From Malacoraja senta (Eukaryota), in assembly GCA_038087875.1 (NCBI GenBank), contig JAXLNO010000423.1, forward strand, positions 62,001 to 126,000: 64,000 nt of DNA, read 5' to 3'. The notes under the pieces were generated by a model. It was given only the letters and a program-made list of their open reading frames with translations. It ran no database searches and was not told the origin of the DNA. The position numbers and the translations under genes are program-made. Positions within the stretch are counted from its first letter, which is position 1. Every line of letters begins with the position of its first letter. Positions 63,315 to 64,000 of this stretch are shown in pieces.

Positions 63315-63481
63315 AACCAAGTGATATTTCCTTTTCTTTCTACGATTTGCAGTGGGCCTGACAAATACTAAATCCTTCATGCATGCAATTGTGATACACA
63401 ATCCCTGATGACTGGAAAACTCTTGCTGCCTTGAATGCCATGCATAGTAGGCTCAAGGGAAGACACCTTCTACTCCTGACT

Positions 63482-63715
63482 GTGTAGGAAGGAACTGCAG
63501 GTGCTGGTTTACACTGAAGATAGACACAAAATGCTGGAGTAACTCAGCAGGTCAGGCAGCATCTCTGGAGAACAAGAATAGGTGATGTTTTGGGTTGAGA
63601 GCCGTCATCAGACCCAGAGTATGAAGAAGGGTCTCGACCCAAAACATCACCTTTTCCTCTTCACCTAGAGATGCTCCTGACCCGCTGAGTTACTCCAGCA
63701 TTTTGTGTCTATCTA
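63482..63715. mobile_element. Penelope-derived fold-back mini-element
   Basis: Inverted terminal-repeat pair; 12-bp TSD CTACTCCTGACT (63470-63481, 63716-63727). Confidence 0.85.
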
Positions 63716-64000
63716 CTACTCCTGACTCATGGGTATATTTGCAAGCATCTATTGAACCGGCGTCTAGTGCCATCCTTTTTTTTTGATCAGTGATGTTGGA
63801 TGAAAGATAAGTGTCTAAAATAGCGACACGTGAGCTTTTACAACTGCTTTGCATCTTATCCGAAAATGACACCTCCGGTCTTGCAGCACTCCATTAACGG
63901 TGCACTGAAATGTCAGTGTAGAATTCGGGACCAATTGGTTTTCCAGAGGCAGAAAATCATATCACTTGAAGTCTGCCTTGAGCCACATTAATTTATGGGA

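Overview
Repeat-dominated (intronic or intergenic) vertebrate DNA. It is most likely from a skate, ray or shark, inferred from HE1/V-SINE-type SINEs, CR1 (HER1-like) LINEs and the dominant Penelope terminal repeat. No host protein-coding gene is recognisable; every long ORF comes from a transposable element. Main contents: a decayed class I (epsilon-like) ERV (261-6513) carrying nested Rex1 and Vingi LINE insertions; two full-length minus-strand Gmr1-type Ty3/gypsy LTR retrotransposons with gag-PR-IN-RT-RH order (21575-27697, 47861-53855); a full-length decayed L1 nested in CR1 nested in a SINE (34833-42000); a long CR1 with an SGNH-esterase ORF1; two Penelope-like GIY-YIG remnants and many hammerhead-motif mini-elements, several of them fold-backs; two non-autonomous DNA transposons; and many SINEs. 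The most interesting observation is a ~138-bp TSD-flanked short element present twice (19909-20046 minus, 63177-63314 plus). Its first 54 nt fold by eye into a minimal HDV-like self-cleaving ribozyme starting at the element's first base, and its ACG(C/G)(AAG)n tail matches a Vingi LINE in the same window. It is a candidate ribozyme-headed, Vingi-mobilised SINE-like family. Family assignments come from motif recognition, and coordinates and mismatch counts were read by hand.
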